The notes beneath the pieces are model-generated. The model searched no databases, was not told the DNA's origin, and saw only the letters and a program-made list of their open reading frames with translations. A stretch of 12,146 nucleotides of DNA from NCBI GenBank assembly GCA_038108555.1, contig JAYNIA010000065.1, forward strand, positions 1 through 12,146. Direction: 5' to 3'. The DNA is from Nitrospinota bacterium. GTDB lineage: Bacteria > Nitrospinota > Nitrospinia > Nitrospinales > VA-1. A program made the translations under genes and the position numbers. Positions 8,697 to 12,146 of this stretch are shown here, one piece after another; the stretch's first letter is position 1, and each line of letters opens with the position of its first letter.

Positions 8697-9710
8697 CTAG
8701 CGGGAAATCAACAATTCTGCAATCTGGACAGCATTGAGTGCCGCCCCTTTTCTCAAATTATCGGAGACTACCCAGAAGTTGACAGCCCGGTCCCGGGAGA
8801 TATCATCACGGATACGACCTACAAAAACTTCGTCCTTATTCTCCCCATCTGTTGCCAGGGGATAGGCATTATTTTCAGGATCATCGACCACACAAACTCC
8901 CTCCTGACTGGACAAAAGATCTTTCACCGCAGCGGCGGTAACAGGTCCCTCCGTTTCCACATTTAATGCCTCGGAATGGGAGTAGAAAACAGGAACCCGG
9001 ACGGTGGTCGGGCACACCTGAATGGAATCATCGCCCATGATCTTTCGAGTCTCATTGACCATCTTCATCTCTTCCTTCGTGTACCCATTATCCAAGAAAA
9101 TATCTATATGTGGCAAACAGTTATAAGCAATTTGATGAGGATATACATTAGATGAAACATCCTTCCCGTTTTGCAATTCCAGCACCTGGGTTTTCAATTC
9201 ATCAATCGCTTTTTGTCCTGACCCTGAAACGGATTGATAGGTAGAAACAACCACCCGTTTGATCTTGAATTTCTCGTGGATGGGTTTCAAAGCAACCACC
9301 ATTTGAATGGTGGAGCAATTTGGATTGGCAATGATCCCTGGCTTTTCTCCAATGGCATTGGGATTGACTTCAGGAACCACCAGAGGAATATCGGACTCCA
9401 TTCGATAAGCACTGCTATTGTCTATGACAACGCAATTCGACTTCACCGCATCGGGAGCAAATTTCCGGCTGATACTTGCTCCTGCCGAAAAAAGGGCAAT
9501 GTCTACATCTTTAAAAGAGTCGGACTTCAACTCTTCGACAATAATTTTCTCACCTTTAAACTCCAGTTCACTGCCAGCCGACCGGGCGGATGCCAACAGC
9601 TTCAGTTTATCTACAGGGAAATTCCTTTCCTGAAGAATTTCCAGCATTTTCCTTCCCACCGCTCCGGTAGCTCCAGCGACAGCTACATTGTATTTTTCTT
9701 TTTTCTCCAT
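8697..9710 (-). CDS. asd: Aspartate-semialdehyde dehydrogenase
   Basis: VAVAGATGAVG, VIDNSSAYRM, PLVVPEVN, catalytic IANPNCST, STYQSVSGSG, NGYTKEEMKM, VRVPVFYSHSE, DNLRKGAALNAVQIAE. Confidence 0.98.
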   Translation of the reverse strand: MEKKEKYNVAVAGATGAVGRKMLEILQERNFPVDKLKLLASARSAGSELEFKGEKIIVEELKSDSFKDVDIALFSAGASISRKFAPDAVKSNCVVIDNSSAYRMESDIPLVVPEVNPNAIGEKPGIIANPNCSTIQMVVALKPIHEKFKIKRVVVSTYQSVSGSGQKAIDELKTQVLELQNGKDVSSNVYPHQIAYNCLPHIDIFLDNGYTKEEMKMVNETRKIMGDDSIQVCPTTVRVPVFYSHSEALNVETEGPVTAAAVKDLLSSQEGVCVVDDPENNAYPLATDGENKDEVFVGRIRDDISRDRAVNFWVVSDNLRKGAALNAVQIAELLISR

Positions 9711-10798
9711 TAACTTCTTTTCTCCAGTTCAGCGGCTACCAGATCCCCCATTTCCTGGGTTCCCACCTGCTTCATACCATCAGACATGATGTCAGCGGTT
9801 CGCACACCCTGCGCCAATACTGCCTCTACCGCTTCCTCAATCCATACATTGGGCTCTTCCTTATCCAGGGAATATTTAAACAGCATCCCCACGGACAAAA
9901 TGGTTGCTAACGGATTTGCCAGCTCTTTTCCTGCAATATCGGGGGCACTACCGTGAATGGGTTCATACATGGCGTATTTTTCGCCCAGACTTGCCGAAGG
10001 CAACATCCCTATCGATCCGGTCAGCATGGAGGCTTCATCACTTAAAATATCGCCAAACATATTGGTGGTTAAAATCACATCAAACTGTTTGGGATTACGG
10101 ACCAGTTGCATGGCGCAGTTGTCCACATACATATGCGAGAGCTCTATATCGGAATATTGCGAATGGAGGTCGGTCACCACCTCGCGCCAGAATCCGGTCG
10201 CCTCCAGCACATTGGCTTTATCCACTGAGCAAACCTTGGAATTTCTTTTTCGAGCCACATCGAAGGCTATTTTTGCAATTCGTTGAATCTCGGGTTCTGA
10301 ATAGACCAGGGTGTTGAATCCATGCCGTTCACCCTTATCATTGGTTCCGGTGCCCCGCGGTTCCCCAAAATAAATACCGCCTGTCAATTCGCGAACTACC
10401 AGAAGGTCCAGACCATCCACCACTTCTCTTTTCAGAGTGGATGCATCGACCAGTGCCGGGAAAATACGCGCCGGACGCAGGTTGGCATACAGTCCGAGAC
10501 TGGATCGCAACCCAAGCAACGCCCTTTCTGGACGCAGGGAAAAGTCGATGGTCTCCCATTTGGGACCGCCGACAGCCCCAAGCAAAACCACATCTGCTTT
10601 TTTGGCTATCTCGAGAGACTCTTCAGGCAAGGGTTTTCCGGTCGCATCATAACCCGCGCCACCCACAGGAGCTTCATTCAGGGTAATCTTAAGACCGAGT
10701 TTGGACTCAATAATTTTAAGGATCTTAATGGCTTCAGCAGTCACTTCCGGCCCGATGCCATCCCCGGGAAAAACGGCTATTTCAAATTCACTACTCAT
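9710..10798 (-). CDS. leuB: 3-isopropylmalate dehydrogenase
   Basis: [79 protein letters not shown]. The stop overlaps the asd start (TAATG, translational coupling). Confidence 0.98.
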   Translation of the reverse strand: MSSEFEIAVFPGDGIGPEVTAEAIKILKIIESKLGLKITLNEAPVGGAGYDATGKPLPEESLEIAKKADVVLLGAVGGPKWETIDFSLRPERALLGLRSSLGLYANLRPARIFPALVDASTLKREVVDGLDLLVVRELTGGIYFGEPRGTGTNDKGERHGFNTLVYSEPEIQRIAKIAFDVARKRNSKVCSVDKANVLEATGFWREVVTDLHSQYSDIELSHMYVDNCAMQLVRNPKQFDVILTTNMFGDILSDEASMLTGSIGMLPSASLGEKYAMYEPIHGSAPDIAGKELANPLATILSVGMLFKYSLDKEEPNVWIEEAVEAVLAQGVRTADIMSDGMKQVGTQEMGDLVAAELEKRS

Positions 10799-10879
10799 AT
10801 CGACCTTCGAACTCCTTTAAATTCTCAAATTAAACAAGCGCTCATATTACCATCGGAATGCCCCTGAGGGGAAAGGAAG

Positions 10880-10907
10880 TTGTAAAAATTTTTATTTACA
10901 TTATTAT
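10880..10907 (+). promoter_or_regulatory. Putative sigma70 promoter for the GT2 gene, overlapped by a TGTAAA-N8-TTTACA dyad
   Basis: TTGTAA(10880-10885)-N16-TATTAT(10902-10907), with an inverted repeat at 10881-10900. Confidence 0.4.
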
Positions 10908-10948
10908 ATCCGCTGGAAGTAATTTTCTCAGGACACTGAAAGCGAACG

Positions 10949-11710
10949 ATGATCAACGGCCAAAAAATCTGCGTCGTAATGCCCGCCTACAACGCAGAAA
11001 AAACCCTGCAAAAAACTTTTGATGAAATCCCCAAAAATATTGTCGATGAAGTCATCCTGACCGATGATGCCAGCAAAGATAAAACCGTCCAGTTGGCGGA
11101 AAAACTGGGGATCAAAACCTTTGTCCACACGGAAAACAAAGGCTATGGGGGAAACCAGAAAACCTGTTACCAGGAAGCGTTGAAGCTCGGTGCTGATATC
11201 GCCATCATGCTGCACCCGGACTACCAGTACACTCCGAAACTCATTACCCCCATGGCATCGATGATCGCGGAAGGAATTTTTGATGCGGTGATAGGGTCGC
11301 GCATCCTCGGCAACAAGGCCATGGCCGGAGGAATGCCATTTTACAAGTACGTGTCCAACCGGTTTCTTACCCTGACGGAGAACCTGATTATCCAGCAAAA
11401 ACTATCTGAATATCATACCGGTTATAGGGCTTTCAGCCGAAAAGTGCTGGAGACGATTCCCATGCTGGAAAATTCCGACGATTTCGTATTCGATAACCAG
11501 ATGTTATGCCAGACACTTTTTTTCGGATTCGAGGTCGGCGAAGTTTCCTGCCCTGCCCTGTATTTTGATGACGCCTCCTCCATCAGTTTCAGCCGTAGCG
11601 TCACCTACGGCGTCGGCGTAATGGAAACCGCACTGAGATACGCCATGGCCAAACGCGGCATGGGCCATTTTAAAATTTTTAATCCAAACGGCAAAAAATT
11701 GAACGAGTAA
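10949..11710 (+). CDS. Glycosyltransferase family 2, polyprenol-phosphate glycosyltransferase (DPM/DPG synthase)-like
   Basis: VVMPAYNAE, ILTDDASKD, NKGYGGNQK, MLHPDYQY (DxD-equivalent), VIGSR, EYHTGYRAF, FVFDNQ. Confidence 0.92.
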   Translation: MINGQKICVVMPAYNAEKTLQKTFDEIPKNIVDEVILTDDASKDKTVQLAEKLGIKTFVHTENKGYGGNQKTCYQEALKLGADIAIMLHPDYQYTPKLITPMASMIAEGIFDAVIGSRILGNKAMAGGMPFYKYVSNRFLTLTENLIIQQKLSEYHTGYRAFSRKVLETIPMLENSDDFVFDNQMLCQTLFFGFEVGEVSCPALYFDDASSISFSRSVTYGVGVMETALRYAMAKRGMGHFKIFNPNGKKLNE

Positions 11711-11751
11711 AACAAAAAAGGACGGAGTGTCAGCATATATTTGACGAAAGC

Positions 11752-11796
11752 AAAAAATAGCCCACTTCTCCTTGCACAATTTGAGAAGTGGGCCAT
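11752..11796 (-). terminator. Rho-independent terminator for the minus-strand gene entering from the right
   Basis: Perfect 11-bp stem GCCCACTTCTC (11760-11770) / GAGAAGTGGGC (11783-11793) with a 12-nt loop, followed on the minus strand by TATTTTTT. It lies between convergent genes. Confidence 0.8.
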
Positions 11797-11818
11797 ATGA
11801 AACAAACTGTCAGGGCAC

Positions 11819-12146
11819 TTAATTCAGTTGGATCAGGTTTTGAATCCTTTCTATCAAGGCATCTGCATCCGCAGCAGAAATTTTCTTGCCGCTTTGTGCC
11901 TGAATGGAATTAATCAATGCCTCAAGAGAATTAACTCCAGCCTTATCATTCTTAGAGTTGGAATCACTTAACATTTTATCTGCTGTTTTCAACTTAGAAC
12001 TCAAACTACCTTCGGTTCCCCGAGGAAGATTTAAATCAGCAATGTCCTCTCCCAACCCATCAATTATTTCAGCCGGACTCAAAACAATAACCGCCTGAGT
12101 TGCGGTGGAATCGTTACCCGCTTCGTCCGTCGCCGTCCAGGTCACG
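11819..12146 (-). CDS. C-terminus of a probable secreted/surface protein: end of a HYR/Ig-like domain plus a C-terminal helical (FIMAH-like) domain; 5' end outside the window
   Basis: VTWTATDEAGNDSTATQAVIV is the typical HYR/Ig-like last-strand motif. SLSSKL...N.LEALINSIQAQSGKKISAADADALI matches a small helical tail found on many secreted bacterial proteins. The frame is open to the window edge. Confidence 0.75.
   Translation of the reverse strand, partial: VTWTATDEAGNDSTATQAVIVLSPAEIIDGLGEDIADLNLPRGTEGSLSSKLKTADKMLSDSNSKNDKAGVNSLEALINSIQAQSGKKISAADADALIERIQNLIQLN

Noticed and set aside
9234..11805. Alternative-frame and antisense ORFs over asd, leuB and GT2 (up to 181 aa)
   Set aside because: They largely overlap well-supported conserved genes and show no motifs.

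Overview
Bacterial chromosomal segment made up mostly of housekeeping genes. The AT-rich intergenic regions and gene content suggest a Nitrospina-like or deltaproteobacterial organism, but that is my inference only. Left to right: the 5' end of a cytochrome c554 (CycA)-like multiheme cytochrome gene on the minus strand, missing from the ORF track; queA (+); an IHF-alpha-like histone-like protein (-); a mtnP-hemL-eno-ftsB cluster (-); a 760-aa coiled-coil protein (-); leuB-asd (-); a GT2 glycosyltransferase (+); and the 3' end of a HYR/Ig-like plus helical-tail protein (-). I found no RNA genes, mobile elements or CRISPR arrays. Three things stand out. (1) The 760-aa protein is built from about 20 tandem 31-residue coiled-coil repeats (7+7+7+10, 31/9 periodicity). 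It has its own near-consensus promoter and no SMC ATPase, TM or signal motifs, so it is a candidate novel filament/scaffold protein. (2) The c554 homologue has an atypical CX3CH first heme motif, a poly-Lys N-terminal extension and no hao upstream. (3) The IHF gene has a long, GGA-rich, structured leader containing a mini-uORF.
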